From positions 61,256,001-61,320,000 of the forward strand of contig OX597828.1 in assembly GCA_951406725.2 (NCBI GenBank): DNA of 64,000 bases, given 5' to 3'. This document shows positions 42,871 through 57,010 of the stretch, piece after piece. The stretch comes from Octopus vulgaris (lineage: Eukaryota). The translations under genes and the position numbers were made by a program. The notes beneath the pieces were generated by a model, which worked only from the letters and a program-made list of their open reading frames with translations, was not told where the DNA came from and did no database searches. Every line of letters starts with the position of its first letter. The stretch's first letter is position 1.

Positions 42871-43289
42871 CAGGTACACACACATACATATACATACAGA
42901 TACCTACAATACATACATACACATAAATATATAGAGACATATCTTCACATCAAGACAAATACATACATCACACCGTATATACGCAAATATTAAAAAAAAC
43001 TTCCTGGTATATATAATATTAAAATGTTACAATAAGGAAATTGCACAATAAATCAATAAAACATAATTAAATACGTGGGCGAACAATAAAAATAAACCTC
43101 GGCGAAGCTTAAGCTTAAATTTGTAAAACAGTCGAATGCTTCCTTAAAATGAAGTCGAAATATGTACAATAATTGTAATACAAAATAACTATAAGGTGTA
43201 AAGTCAAATTCAAATGCGACTGTCAAAATTTTCCGAAAGTCAAAATATTTTACTCATACGGTATTTTATCGGTTGACATATTTAAACCC

Positions 43290-43720
43290 CACGGCGTACC
43301 TGCAGGAATTTAATGGCTTGCATCTCTGGTTCAAAGCATGTTATTCCTGGAACAGGATGAAGAACTTTTCTGAGAGGCAAAGATTACATTTCATAGGTCT
43401 TTTATAAGAACCATGTCTGTATGATAATGTGTCATTCTCTTTCAATTGTTTTGCAAGACTAGTTGCTGTCCTATTCTCGGGTATCGGAAAGAATTTCGGT
43501 GGGAATAGAATCGAGTCTTGAACGAATTTTCCGAAGAAGTATAACACGAAAGTTATTACAAACAATTACAGTGTCGAATCTAATCTGAGTAACTGCGACT
43601 TCAAAGATAAGACTTGCTGTCCGTTGGAAGGTAAATATTTTTAAAAAAGGAATTGTTTATAGAGCTAAAGTGCAAGTAGATAGATCACAAGAATATAAAA
43701 CATACACAGGGTCTTCGTGT
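43290..43720. mobile_element. Rearranged Naiad-type GIY-YIG fragments on opposite strands
   Basis: Minus: ATSLAK.LKEN..KCNLCLSEKFFIL (43341-43480); plus: CCPLEGK..KGIVYRAKV..YKTYTGSS (43590-43716). Confidence 0.7.
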
Positions 43721-43918
43721 ATGTTTGTGTTTGATCCCTCGCCATTGCTTGACAACCAATGCTGGTGTGTTTATCTCCCTGTAAATCAGAGGTTCGGCAA
43801 AAGACACCGATAGAATAAGTACTAGTACTGGGGTCAATTTATTCGACTATAACCCTTTAAGGCGGTGCTCCAACATCGCCGCTGTCAGATGACTGAAATA
43901 ATTAAAAGAATAAAAGAA
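43720..43918 (+). mobile_element. Dominant-family SINE 3' half
   Basis: gcttgacaacc..gatagaataagtac..ggcggtgctcc..gactgaaa..(aaaagaat)n. Confidence 0.85.
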
Positions 43919-43942
43919 TATACATAATACATACATACATAC

Positions 43943-44022
<80 letters not shown>

Positions 44023-45758
44023 TTATGTATGTATGTATGTACGTATTTATCTATGTGTGTGTGTGTGTAAAGGTCTATAAAATACACACACATACCCCCC
44101 CACACACACACACGCAAATACATAGAAAAGAAATTCATTCATATCTCTAGACAGATGAATATTAAGCACTGTTAAGGAAACGCTGATAAGAAGTTGGTAA
44201 AACAAGAATAATTTCGTAATGTAATGAGCCATCCGCTAAATTGTCGAGATGGTTCGGCTCCGATTAGCTTCTTGGAAGTTATTTCAACTTTAAGAAGTTA
44301 TTTTATCGTAGGCAATAAAGTGTTGACAGAGCTCTACTTAAGCGGAAAGCAGGTAAAGTATAGCCAAAGAGTCAGCTAATACAACCATCACCTGCAGCTG
44401 ATGTTTAAAACTGTGTTTATTTATGGTCATTCCAAGGGTGTAGGTGTGTGAAAAGCAGTAAAGTTTTCCGAAGCATAGTCTTAGAAGAAGGGAGGAATAT
44501 TAGTGGTACTCATTTTATTTACGCCCAGAAAGGTGGTAGCTGGTAAAATCAGTAACAAAATGTGCTTATTTCGAACCACACATGGTCAACTTAGCTTTTC
44601 TCCTTTTCAGGAGCTGTAGAAAAAGCATCAGTAATATCCAACGGTTTGATTCAGTTGCTTTTATTTCTCTTCTATGGGTCGTGACTTTTAGGTAATGGGA
44701 AAAATGTATGAAGTTTGATATGGTAGGCAGTACATACCATATTTATTTCTCGAAGACTCAAAGTAATACATGTACATTGGGAAGTTCTGAATGTTTGTTA
44801 CCTTCTGAATAGCGGCAGAGATCCTTTACTTTAGGAGAAGAGAAGAAGAAAGAATAGTAGGTGCTTGTTTTGTGATTTCGGTTTGTCGGGAACCTGTCCT
44901 GCGTAGTACATCAGTATTCTTTAAGCAATGAAAGAATGTAAATATTGAATTGAATGTTACACATTCCTAAAGGAAAAGAATCAACAAGTACTTATTTAAT
45001 CGGAACCTGAAAGGAGATTAATAGAAACAAATAGCCCCTTGGGACACTGTATGTGGTCGACTAGTTTGGTGGAAAAAGCAACCAAATGTCCCTCAAATCA
45101 CGTCGTATATAATGTAGTGCATAATATAGTGTATCATTAAAATATGGGACAATCACACCTGGAAGCATTTGATCATGGGTTAGCTCAGTGAGAGCTGGCA
45201 TTAGGCAAACAGCAGCTGTATGGTCATGGATTTATTGGACAGGGATAAGTGCATGTGTGTCCGTACAGGTGATCCTGGACTTTACTTTGAGACTTCTGTT
45301 ATTAAAATACCTCGATTCTATTGGATCATGAAAATAATAATCATATATCTTCTGACTTGTGGCCGGCGTGGAAGGAGTAGTAGGTCCCTTGCCAGCTTTC
45401 GAAGCCACATGAGACTTTATCACTGACGGGGAGTGAAATGTATTTAAAAAGTGGTCTTACTCGGTCACCAGGCGATTTCTGACACACACATACACACACA
45501 CACGCACACGCGCACACACACGCACGCACGCATACACGCACGCACACATACACACACACACACACACACACATATCAAGAGTTGAACAGACAGAACACAA
45601 CAAAAAAAAAAGTTAGACGAAAGCAGAGCAAATGGGGAAGTAGATAAAAACTTAACAGACGAGGAATATAGACAAAGTTACGATGCACGTAATAATCGCA
45701 GCTGAGTTTTCTGCGTCAGTCAATGAACCAAAATATCAACGCACACCCTGTTTGTTTA

Positions 45759-45821
<63 letters not shown>

Positions 45822-46080
45822 GAAAAATACAAACTGGGACAAGGACGTAAAACATTTAGAAGACGATACAAAAAACACGGACGGGACATTCGAAGCCTTC
45901 AATCTTCAGTCAAGAACCGGATCATCCTCGCAATTTATATATATATAAACACATGAGTATCTGTATATTGTTTTTTTGTCTCCCACTGCCGCTTGACAAC
46001 CGGTGTTAGTTTGTTTACGTTAGTGTAAATTAGTGGTTTGTCAAAAAAGTCTGTTAGAACAACGTACCAAGCTAAAAAAG

Positions 46081-46111
<31 letters not shown>

Positions 46112-46199
46112 GCAAGCGCCGTAAATCCAATGCAAAAAGAAGAAAAAAAGAAGAAAGTGATGTTTATGTTTACGTGAGTGTATGTATATGTGTATCGTC

Positions 46200-46520
46200 A
46201 GGTCAGAGATCTCATAACAGGCCGAGGAGACTTGCTACCGGTACCATGTAAATTAGTACTCCCTGTTCTATGGTCGAGTGGTCGGCGACCAAATCGGCTC
46301 CCTCGATTGAGTAGCTCGCTAGTCTTGTGAAGAGGATGTTTGGACACTCAGTAGGACTAAAAGCAAGTTGTGTCGAAGGATAGATATGCTCCTTGTAGGT
46401 CAACGGCCATCCAGTCAGGGAAGGCAATGGCTAATTACCCTCGTATTTCTGCCAAGAAATCACTATGAGAAAGTCAAAAAGAAATAACGCTCTGGGGTCA
46501 TCGGATGGGAGAAGTCGCGA
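46200..46520 (+). mobile_element. RTE-related 5' UTR-like or SINE segment
   Basis: GGGAAGGCAATGGC.AA..ACCCTCGTATTTCTGCCAAGAAA...GGGGTC resembles the conserved RTE/Bov-A-type block (recalled consensus). Confidence 0.5.
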
Positions 46521-46914
46521 TTAATTGGGAATACTTACATTGTAGTGTCATCAATGCGCTCCAAAAAGCGTACGGTACATGACAACGACAATGTATGTGT
46601 GAGTGTGAATGTGTGTGAATACATGTGCCCGCGTATACAAGAAAGAGAGAGTGAGAAAACCAGGAGGGGAAAGGAATAGTGACAGAATGAAAAGATAACA
46701 AAATAGATAATAGAAAGCAACAAGAATAATGTAGACAAAGATCAAATTGTAGTCTGATGGATCTTGGTGGATAATAATGGTCATAATAGATTTCAATAGC
46801 CTTAGGTTTTAAGATTTCACCAGACTGCCTAACAATTGTATATCGTATGCGTGGTATGTGTGCGTAGTCGTCATTGTCCCTTATATTATCTTCATATATA
46901 ATTTGTTCAGTTTG

Positions 46915-47000
46915 CGCCACTGTGTATACACGTGCACTGCCCCCTACTTATATACGCTTGTATTTACATAGCAGCAGCTGTGTGGCACGTCTCTTAACTG
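46915..47000 (-). promoter_or_regulatory. Candidate Pol II core promoter (TATA and Inr-like)
   Basis: TATATAAG at 46954-46947, ACAGT 31-33 nt downstream, upstream TGTAAATA and CAGCTG; motif-only. Confidence 0.3.
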
Positions 47001-48096
47001 CCTCTCATTTTCTTCCTTTTGTTTTCTACTTTCCATTTCTTTTCTCTTTTTCTTTTTTTTTTTTGTCACTGGAATTGATAGCAGTTATAGTATACATTGT
47101 TCCTTATTTTGATAGCACTCTTTCACACATACCGCCCATACACACGCAAAAGCGCATATGCATACATACACACAGTTGGAATATTTGTGAATCTGTGTGC
47201 GCATGTGTGTGTGTGCGCATGCGTGTGTGTGTGTGTGTGCATCTATGTGTCTATGGGCCTAAGTGTATATATACACATATATTCATATGTATATATTCAT
47301 ATACACGCACGCACGCCGACACACACACATACACAGAGAGAAAGAGAGGTGAGAAAGATACAATGTATATATACATATATATATAAATACACACGCACAC
47401 ACATACACATATATATACACATATACATGTAAGCATAATCATGTGTATTAGCGCTTAGGTGTTTAGGTGTTTGTATGAAAGAATGTAATCGTAGTGTCCG
47501 GTTGAGTATAACAACGTGAGCGTTTGTGCGTTCGTGCATACGTACGTACGTATGTATGCACGTATGTATGTATGCATGCATGTACAGTCCACAGATTACG
47601 TACAGAAAAGTTGAGAAAGCAAAGAATTGGTAAAAAAAAGTAAAGAGAGTAAAAAGCGACGTAATTTTTTCCCTGCCAAATTGTGTACAACTGTGTTACA
47701 ATCTCTTTATCGTGAATGTGTTTTAGAAATCTCTTTGTGTACGAATCTGTTTTAGCTTTGTCTGTTTACAGTTTTTCACCGAGTTCTGTACTAAATTGTT
47801 TTTATCACCCAATGTATATTCTCATTCAACAGCCCATAAGCTTTCTTTTAGCTTGGATTGCTTGACATTTCGTTCTATACCTAAGATATCTGTTTTTAAA
47901 TCTACGTGCAAAAACACAAAATCATCAAAAAAGTAAGCGTTCAATAGTTGCTTGTCTGAGAAGTGTATAGAATGTAGGGTGTGTGTGTGTGTGTGTGTAC
48001 AGAGAGAGGAAGAGAGAAAGAGAATGAGAAATTGATAGACAGGGAAAGAGAGAGCGGGAGAGAGAGAAAGAGAGAAAGAGAAAGAGAGAGAGAGAG

Positions 48097-48127
<31 letters not shown>

Positions 48128-51106
48128 GAGAAAAAAAGAGATAGAGAAAGTGAGCGGGAGAAAGATAATTCATTGTTCTAGACCAGAATTTCAACTGGAT
48201 ATTCTTGATTACTTTTCGATTAGATACGAAGAAGATACTGTTATAGGAACCGAACATTGCAGTCATGTAACCTATGAACCCAACATTGTCTAACGTTCTG
48301 TTCATTTTGCAGTGCCTATCATGATAGGTTTTGTACAGTGCAGACGTATGTAATGTGTGTTCAATTCGAGATTTTCTAGCACAAATCGCTAAGAGAGTAC
48401 ATTTGCGATTTTCTCACAGTTTCGACCTTTCCGTGTCTCGTTTGATGTCGATACTATAAATTCTTATGTTCTTTGAACAATATGATGGTATATATTTTAC
48501 CTACAAGATGGCCGATATTTTACCTGCTAATCATAGTCATGATTGTGTATTTTTTAATGAGACACCACCATGAAAAACCACACATATAAGCAGCCAGGAT
48601 GGTGTTTGTAGATGTTCTTTCGTAAAACACTTTTGAGCGGTGTAGTTTCAGACAGCAATCTTAAACTTACTCTACAATATATTCCAAAGTATATTCATAT
48701 ACATACATAGATGTAAATACATATATGCGTATACATGTCTATGTGTGTATGTGTGTATGTATGTATGTAAGGTGTATACATTTATATACTTATATACATA
48801 TAAACACTCACGCATACATATATACGTGTTACGTAATATATACATACATACATACAAACATACATACCATACATACCATACATACATACATACATACATA
48901 CATACATACATACATACATACATACATACCATACATACATACATATGTAGACCTTTAATGAAGCTGATTCTATAAATATAGCGTGGTATCTTATGCATTC
49001 AATTTGATAACAATAGCAATTCATCAGAGTTACACCAATGACTGTATTTTGCACGGCCTTTAGTGAAACCCATGATTAGTTGCTCAGAACTGAAACCTGA
49101 TAAAACCCAATGGATTGAAACGCATCAATGTTCCATATTTATGAATCTTGATTCAATCTCTAGCAAACGACTGTGGGCTGTGTACACAGAAATAGATAAT
49201 TTTATATATTTTACTAATTAGTACATTAGTTACATGGTATTTGTTTGAATTAAATATGTTGTCTTCTTGTGTGTAGCATATTGACCTCCACTAGTTCCAG
49301 TTCCATGTTTGTGTTTCAATAAATCCTAGTGAAAAGGAATTTTGAAAGATCTAAGTTGGTATTTAGTCTCACTTTTCTTCAGTGTGACTATAAAAATGGC
49401 CCTCACACTCTCATAAGTCAAGCCACATTCACTCACACACACAATGGTCAGTAAAGTTACGATAAACAATCGTAGCCTTCACTATTAGATATTTTAATAG
49501 TGTTTAGAATCTTACATTGCATCATTCCGGCACACTGTCTCTGAACAGTGCCTTTCAAAATGTTCCATCTGCCTCTATCCTTGTAGTCGCACGAACAGGT
49601 TAATCGTTGATACATTTCTATGCCGCTAGAAGGAACTGCTTCAACCATTTAAGGTGAATTAACTTTTCCCTTTATTTATTAATTCTTTTATTGTGAAATG
49701 TCGCGGTTCTGGTTTTAGGCTCATCACTCCATACATATCGCAAGACTACAGCAAACAGATATGAAAAATATATTATGTTTACACTGTTTTATATGCGACT
49801 ACTCCAACAGACATGCTCTAAGGTTTCTCAATTTCCTAGAAATAGCAGTACTATTTCCCTTAAATCGCCTTTTCTATCTTAAATATATTAAAAACAGGAT
49901 TTGAGTAGATAATCTAATTCTAACATAGGGTACTGTTGCATTGTTGTTGTTCATGGGTCAGTGCGACAAGGGTTGAATTAGAGTTTAACAACAACTCCAG
50001 CAATAAAAACAACAGAGCCGATAGGAATGCATGTCTATAGCGACACCAGAAGAATATTATACAGAATGCTGTTCTCAAACTATAGAACTCGAATAAAAAT
50101 GTTCTCCTGAGTTACTTCAGCATGCCACAGCAATTGGCGAGATGTCTTCCAGGAAACTAATTTAAGCTATTAATTAAACAAAAGTAATGATTAAAGTCAA
50201 GCAATTTAAAAAAAAAAAAGCAACATTAATCCAACAAAACTCCCCAAAATGAATACACTGAAGAACAATCCTTAATGATATAATATGTAATAAAATGTTT
50301 ATTAAAAATGTCAGTAAGTGATTTGTATGGAAAGGGTTAGGCATGCATTGGTTTTATTGAATACGTATGAAATGGTTCGAATTAGAAGTTTTCAATTGAT
50401 ATTTCATTATGCCAGCGCATCGAATCTGTGAATGCGTGCGTTTTTAGTTGCTGAAATTTCTGCAGAACAAATGTAGCTAGTGTGTATATATTTATACACA
50501 CTATCATTTGCATATCATTTGAAGCATACAAACAAATAATGATACACGAGAATGGTATGTGATATTAACAAGTATGTATCATTATGTGTGCTTGTGTATG
50601 TAGGTATATAGGTCTCTGCATGTGTGTATATATGTGTATATGTCAAATATGTGTATATATAAATGTATAACAGAACATTCCCGAAGATTTGAGTAAAAAC
50701 TGTTTTAAAATTAATTTGACTTAAATTGATTTAATTTAAAATCATTATCACAAATTATCTAGGTATACATTTGATGGCGTTTATGTTAATAAAACAGCTT
50801 CTTAATAAAATTAAACAATGATCTATATGCGAAATATATACTTTTAAGCTTTCATGCTAAATGTGTTGCTCTTTAAGATCGTTTTAGCCGTGTATGTATA
50901 TGCATACAAGTCGGTCTTACTTGGAATTACTGCAATGTAGTAACCTGTCGTAGTTTAATGACCTGTTGTCAATTCGGCTCTTTATAACTGTGGATTTATT
51001 CTTCCAATTTTATACATCAATTCACAATCTGTGTATATTTGTGTGTGTGTGTATACATATATATTCATGTATATATAAATTTGTATATTAATACATATGT
51101 ATACTC

Positions 51107-51156
<50 letters not shown>

Positions 51157-51287
51157 ATAAATATTAGGGAATAAATCCAAAAACAGGGAAAAAATCAGAT
51201 TTAGGATTAAATTCAATTTTATAGTAAAATATTATATAATATTAATTCGAGACTTCATAAATTGAAACTGATTTGAAAATCGGAAAT

Positions 51288-51331
51288 CCACCTGACGAAT
51301 GTCATTTGAAGATATGAAACGATTGTAGTGG
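51288..51331 (+). ncRNA. Minimal type I hammerhead ribozyme, intact core
   Basis: CCAC-CTGACGA-ATGTC-ATTTGAA-GATAT-GAAAC-GATT-GTA^GTGG. Confidence 0.85.
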
Positions 51332-51415
51332 CGGTTTATTTATTTTATATTAAAATTTTATGTATTGATTAAGTCTTTCCTTGTTTGTTTTGCAAAATAG
51401 TGGTTTTGTCTCGAA

Positions 51416-51886
<471 letters not shown>

Positions 51887-51921
51887 CAAACAATACACAA
51901 TGCTTCAAGCAAACTATAATA

Positions 51922-51987
<66 letters not shown>

Positions 51988-52133
51988 TATGGGTGGACAG
52001 GGGAAAATGCGAGACCTCATTCGTATGTTTTGAATTCGTTAGTACTGGTATTGAATATAGTCTGTCTGATGTTACTCGAATCAGATAGGTATGTTTAATT
52101 TTTTCAGTGCTCTCAAATTTAAAAGTTTGAAAT

Positions 52134-52216
52134 CTTGTGCTGATGAAGGGAATGATAGAATGAAAATGTGAATATTGCATTTTCATATCTATCTAACTCA
52201 GAAACGCGTCCACAGG
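52134..52216 (+). ncRNA. Type I hammerhead ribozyme, intact core
   Basis: CTTGTG-CTGATGA-[GATAG.ATGAAAATGTGAA / TTGCATTTTCAT..CTATC]-GAAA-CGCG-TC^CACAGG. Confidence 0.85.
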
Positions 52217-52490
52217 TAATCAAATACAGAGTTGGTTTTCATGGTTTTTTCCCCCTATGCCTACGTGGATTGTTTTGAGTATAATATGTTGTCTGGGAGT
52301 TGCTTCTTATAATAGAAGAAATAGCTAAGTTTTTTGGCTGCTATTTCTAAAGTTCGGTAAGTATAATTATACCCATAATTATATAAAAATATTGTTTAAG
52401 TTTACCGTAAATGGTCCTTTTAAGATGCCGAATACTACTTGGTGGAATTATTAATTACTAATTAATTAATCTTACCCTTTATTATTATTG

Positions 52491-52554
<64 letters not shown>

Positions 52555-53797
52555 TATATATATATACATACATGCACAAACATATATATATACTATATCT
52601 ATGCATAATACATGCAAATCAGAAGAACTGAAACAAATTTCAATACAAGCCTCAGTGTAGGTAAATAAATTCATGCATGATTAACTAACAACCAACTGCC
52701 AAAAGTACAAATATGCTAATTAGGCTGTCCAGGCGATGCTAGCATAATTCATAATTGCTTTGTACACATTAGGTCTAGGCCACTGGTTGAGAAGGAAGCT
52801 TGGTCAATCTTCTCCCGAGAGTGGTCAACAAGTTGTCAAACTTAGTCTTCTTTCTTTTCTTTTTTATGGCACACCAAAAATATGCGCTGTATTTTACTAG
52901 TGTAATATATTTAGACACTTCTGTACGCCGTTCACTATATACATATATTTCTATCATATATACATTTCAAAGTTGTGCGAAGAAGCTACCATATCCACAA
53001 GTGTAAAAGAAAACAAATAACTATGCAGCTAACAATACACACATGCCTACATACACATAGCATACATACATACACACGCTCATATAATAGGAGATATATA
53101 TATGCAAACATGTATCCATATGTGCACCTACATGTGATCAAAAAGTCTATAGAAACTGAGGTTGGTCTCTCTCTCATTCTTTCTTTCTTTCTTTCTGTCT
53201 GTCTGCCTGTCTCACTCTTTTTATACACATAACCACACATACGCATGCGCACAAACATATATGCAACAGGTTTCTTTTAGTTGCCGTTAACTATATTCAT
53301 TCACAAGGCTCAGTAGTAAAAAAGGCATTCGCTCAAGATGCCACGCAGTGGGACTGAACCCTGCACCATGGGAAGCAAATGTCCTACCAAACTGTTACAC
53401 CGTTCATATATAAATGTGATGATCTGGGGGTTATATCTTGGAAATCCGCTGGCCCAATGGTTTCCCTTTATGGCAGAATTAATTGTCAAGACAATTTAAG
53501 CATTTAATCTGATGAAATACACCCTATAATTGCAGAACTGTTCCGTAAGGAAACGCAATCTTTCAGAATGATATATATATATATATAAATGCGCGCGTGT
53601 GTGTGTGTGCCAACGCACGAAACTCTCGGGCATGAGTTACTCTCTTACTTCTGCTAAATATTAATATATAGAATGTGCAAATCTTTAGCCTGGCTCAAGA
53701 GTCATACAAGGGTCTCACGTTGCTTCATCAAGGATATATCTCAGTGATTCATTCTAGCTATGGTTTTGCTCGTATACGAGAAAGCAGCTACTATATA

Positions 53798-54742
53798 CAG
53801 GGGTCGGACAAAATAATGGAAACACCTAGCATCATAGCATCATAATTTTCAAATATCTATAAAACCGTAAAAAGCTTGTTTATTTTTATGTTTTTGATTT
53901 ATTATTAGTGCTGCTTAATATGTTTTGCTAAAACTGCTATTTCTTTTAGATATCATCAGAAAAAGGTTATTAAAATTCAATATAATGACAGATCTATCGG
54001 AGTTTCAAAGAGCTCAAATTTTTGGTACTCATATGGCAGGCGCTAGCGTAACGAAAACAGCCGAAATGTTTGGTGTATCAAGAAGTTCTGTCTCCAAAGT
54101 AATGACAGCCTTGGAGAAAGAGTAAAAAACTTCCTCGTCGAAACAAAGCTCTGGAAGAAAACCAAAACTTTCAGATAGGGACCATCAGACGCTTATGCGA
54201 ATTGTCAGAAAGAATCACAAAAGTACAGCTCCCAATTACTGCAGAGCTTCATGATCATCTCGAGAACCCACTTTCCACAAAAACTGTTCGCTGGGAGCCG
54301 CACAAAGCTGAATTTCACGGGAGGGCTGCAAACAGAAAACTACTATTTTCAAAAACAAACGTTGCAAAGCATTTAGAGTGGAGCAAAAACCTACAGAATT
54401 GGTCCCTATAGTAGTACAAGAATGTTATTTTCTCGGACGAGTCAACCTTTATCTTATTTCCGACCACCGGCCAAGTATACGTATGGAGACAACCAAAAGA
54501 AGTATTTGACCCAGACTGCCTTCTTTCAATTGTTAAACATGGAGGAGGATCTGTGATGATCTGGGGATTATATCTTGGAAATCCGCTGGCCCAATGGTTT
54601 CCCTTTATGGCAGAATTAATTGTCAAGACAATTTAAGCATTTAATCTGATGAAATACATCATATGATTACAGAACTGTTCCGTAAGGAAACGCAATCTTT
54701 CAGAATGATAATGCACCAATTCACACAGCTAAAGTTGTTACT
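53798..54742 (+). mobile_element. Tc1-like transposon, 3'-truncated and decayed
   Basis: TA-CAGGGGTCGGACAAAATAATGGAAAC TIR; MTDLSEFQRAQI.G...GASV; VIFSDES; VKHGGGSVMIWG; FQNDNAPIHTA. Confidence 0.9.
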
Positions 54743-55104
54743 GCCGTATACGTAGGACGTATTCTATCTCTCTCTTGTATCTTTTCTCTTGTCAAAGAAA
54801 ATATTTTCCCAGCGTTCGTTATTTTACCTTCGATCCTCCATGTTTGTCTTCGTTTAGTTTCCTTGTATGTCTCCACTGTCCTGCTTTGTTCCCAACTTTG
54901 AGAAGTAGATTGACAGCCGACAACTGATGTAGGGTCGTCTTTTATGTTACTTGTTCTGTTTTCCATTTGTTTCTCTCGTTGTTTGCGTATTGAATTCATT
55001 TGTTTTCGTATTTCATGTTGTTTACTGTTGGTGACGTCCTGTACCCATATATGCATATGTATATATATGTATATGCTTATTTATATATATGTGTGTGTGT
55101 GTGC

Positions 55105-55142
<38 letters not shown>

Positions 55143-55246
55143 AAGGGAATTTGAACCATAACTGCGAGTATAATCGACTAAACCACACGTGTGTTTGACG
55201 TTATGTTAAAATTTGGCGTGCGGTTTAGTAAATTGTATTCAAGACA

Positions 55247-55325
55247 AATTCTACTGATGAACTATGGATATGTTATGTAAGTAAAATTGCATAATACATT
55301 AATAGCGAAACAATTGTCTAGAATT
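55247..55325 (+). ncRNA. Type I hammerhead ribozyme
   Basis: AATTCTA-CTGATGA-aCTAT...ATAGc-GAAA-CAATTG-TC^TAGAATT; 7-bp stem I; A-C mismatch at base of stem II. Confidence 0.85.
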
Positions 55326-55522
55326 AATCTGCATTTTTGTTATTTTTCATTTGCCCTGCTCGTTTACGTTAAAAGTTGTGCTAATTCTCCTTGGAAACAA
55401 TTTTTGGTGGCTGAGACCATAGCGGATCTATTTTTAGCGCAAGAGTCGACCACATATCGGACATTCTCTTATATTTGTATATATATATATATATATAATA
55501 TATGTATATATATATATATGTA

Positions 55523-55553
<31 letters not shown>

Positions 55554-56061
55554 ATAAATAATATATATATATGCATATATGCATACGTATATGTACATAC
55601 ATCTATACATATATACATCTATACATACATCTATCCATATGTGGGTACGGGATGTCACGAAACCTGTACAACAAAACTACACATTACGAGTACATGGAAT
55701 ATGAACTATTTTTCGAACAAAGAAAAACACAAATGGAAAACAAAACAAACAGCACAAAAAACGACCCTTCATCAGTTGTTGGCTGTTTTTCTACTCTCGT
55801 ATTTCGAGCATTTAACAACAAGATACGCTTTCGATGAAACAGTTGCCCCTGCAAAGCAAATTAAATAGAATTTGGGATTTTGCGGAGGGTCAAATTTGGT
55901 AACACAAACAAACAGTGAAAACAAACAGGAAGGGCTGCTAATCCTAAAGGAGGTTGTGGGGGCGAACGCGTAAATCAAGCTCGGACTCACACACATACAC
56001 ACACACATACACACACATACACACACACATACACACACACACATATATATATATATATATC

Positions 56062-56420
56062 GTGGCCCTCCGTCGGTTACGACGACGAGGGTTTCAGTTG
56101 ATCCGATCAACGGAACAGCCTGCTCGGGAAATTAACGTGTAAGTGGCTGAGCACTCCACAGACAAGTGTACCTTTAACGTAGTTTTCGGGGAGATTCAGC
56201 GCGACACATTGTGTGACAAGGCTGGCCTTTTGAAATACAGGTACAACAGAAACAGGAAGAAAAAGAGTGAGAGAAAATTGTGATGAAAGAATACAGCAGG
56301 GCTCACCCCCCCCTGCCGGAGCCTCGTGGATATTTAGGTGTTTTCGCTTAATAAATACTCACAACACCCTGTCTGAGAATCGAAACCGCGATCCTATTCA
56401 CTGGGCCTTTGCGCCTCCAC
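56062..56420 (-). mobile_element. tRNA-derived SINE, fourth family, head partly deleted
   Basis: Minus strand GGAGGCGCAAAGGCCCAGTG..GGTTTCGATTC B box and a GC-richer body. Confidence 0.6.
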
Positions 56421-56518
56421 ACACACACACACAGAGTTATATTCGGGGACGGTCATCTTTTACTAATGAAATACACGCACTATTTATTTGATGTTCACTT
56501 TAGGTTACTTGTTTCTTT

Positions 56519-56561
56519 GTCGGAGTTCTTTCGATAAATATTCTATTCCATCTTCAACGAC
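56519..56561 (-). ncRNA. Degenerate minimal hammerhead, inverted partner of 57011-57051
   Basis: GTCG-TTGAAGA-...-GAAA-GAAC-TC^CGAC. Confidence 0.55.
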
Positions 56562-57010
56562 TTTGTGTCCCTCTTGGTCTCTCCTTCTCTCTGGCCTTGT
56601 TTTGTCTATTCCATTTTGTCATTCCATAAGGGGACAGCGTATAGCATAGGTGAGAGAATGAGTAAACAGTGATGGGAACTCGTTAGTGCCTTACCAATTA
56701 GGGTATGGAGGCTCAGTTGATAACATAGATGTTAGGATCTTATCAATGCATAGAACAGTTACAACACTCAGACAAATTATGTAGGTCATACACACGATAG
56801 AAAATAGAAATGGCTCAAGAGAACAGGTAATTGGAGTAATAACACCCCACACCACCCTACCACACTACGCAGCACGATGACTAAAGACAGAATGAAGAAA
56901 AACTAATGGCACAGAAACAAACAGTGTAATATTGAAATAGATATACACGCATACAAAATAGAATAAACAGGACAAGTCCAGAGAGAACACGAGACACAAG
57001 GGACAGAAAC

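Noticed and set aside
44590-44700. Acceptor-like cttttctccttttcag
   Set aside because: Resembles the pyrimidine tract of the third SINE family
45361-45410. GGCCGGC...GCCAGCT resembling HDV P1
   Set aside because: Folds as a simple hairpin; no P3/L3 or P2
46498-46920. 140-aa minus-strand ORF
   Set aside because: GTG start, second half low-complexity, no recognisable domain
48182-48345. Possible plus-strand exon (PEFQLDILDYFSIRYEED...)
   Set aside because: Weak acceptor, stops in all frames, no recognisable homology; needs RNA-seq
55700-55790. Minus-strand CTGATGAAGGG in the inverted pair
   Set aside because: No properly placed GAAA-stem III-UH downstream
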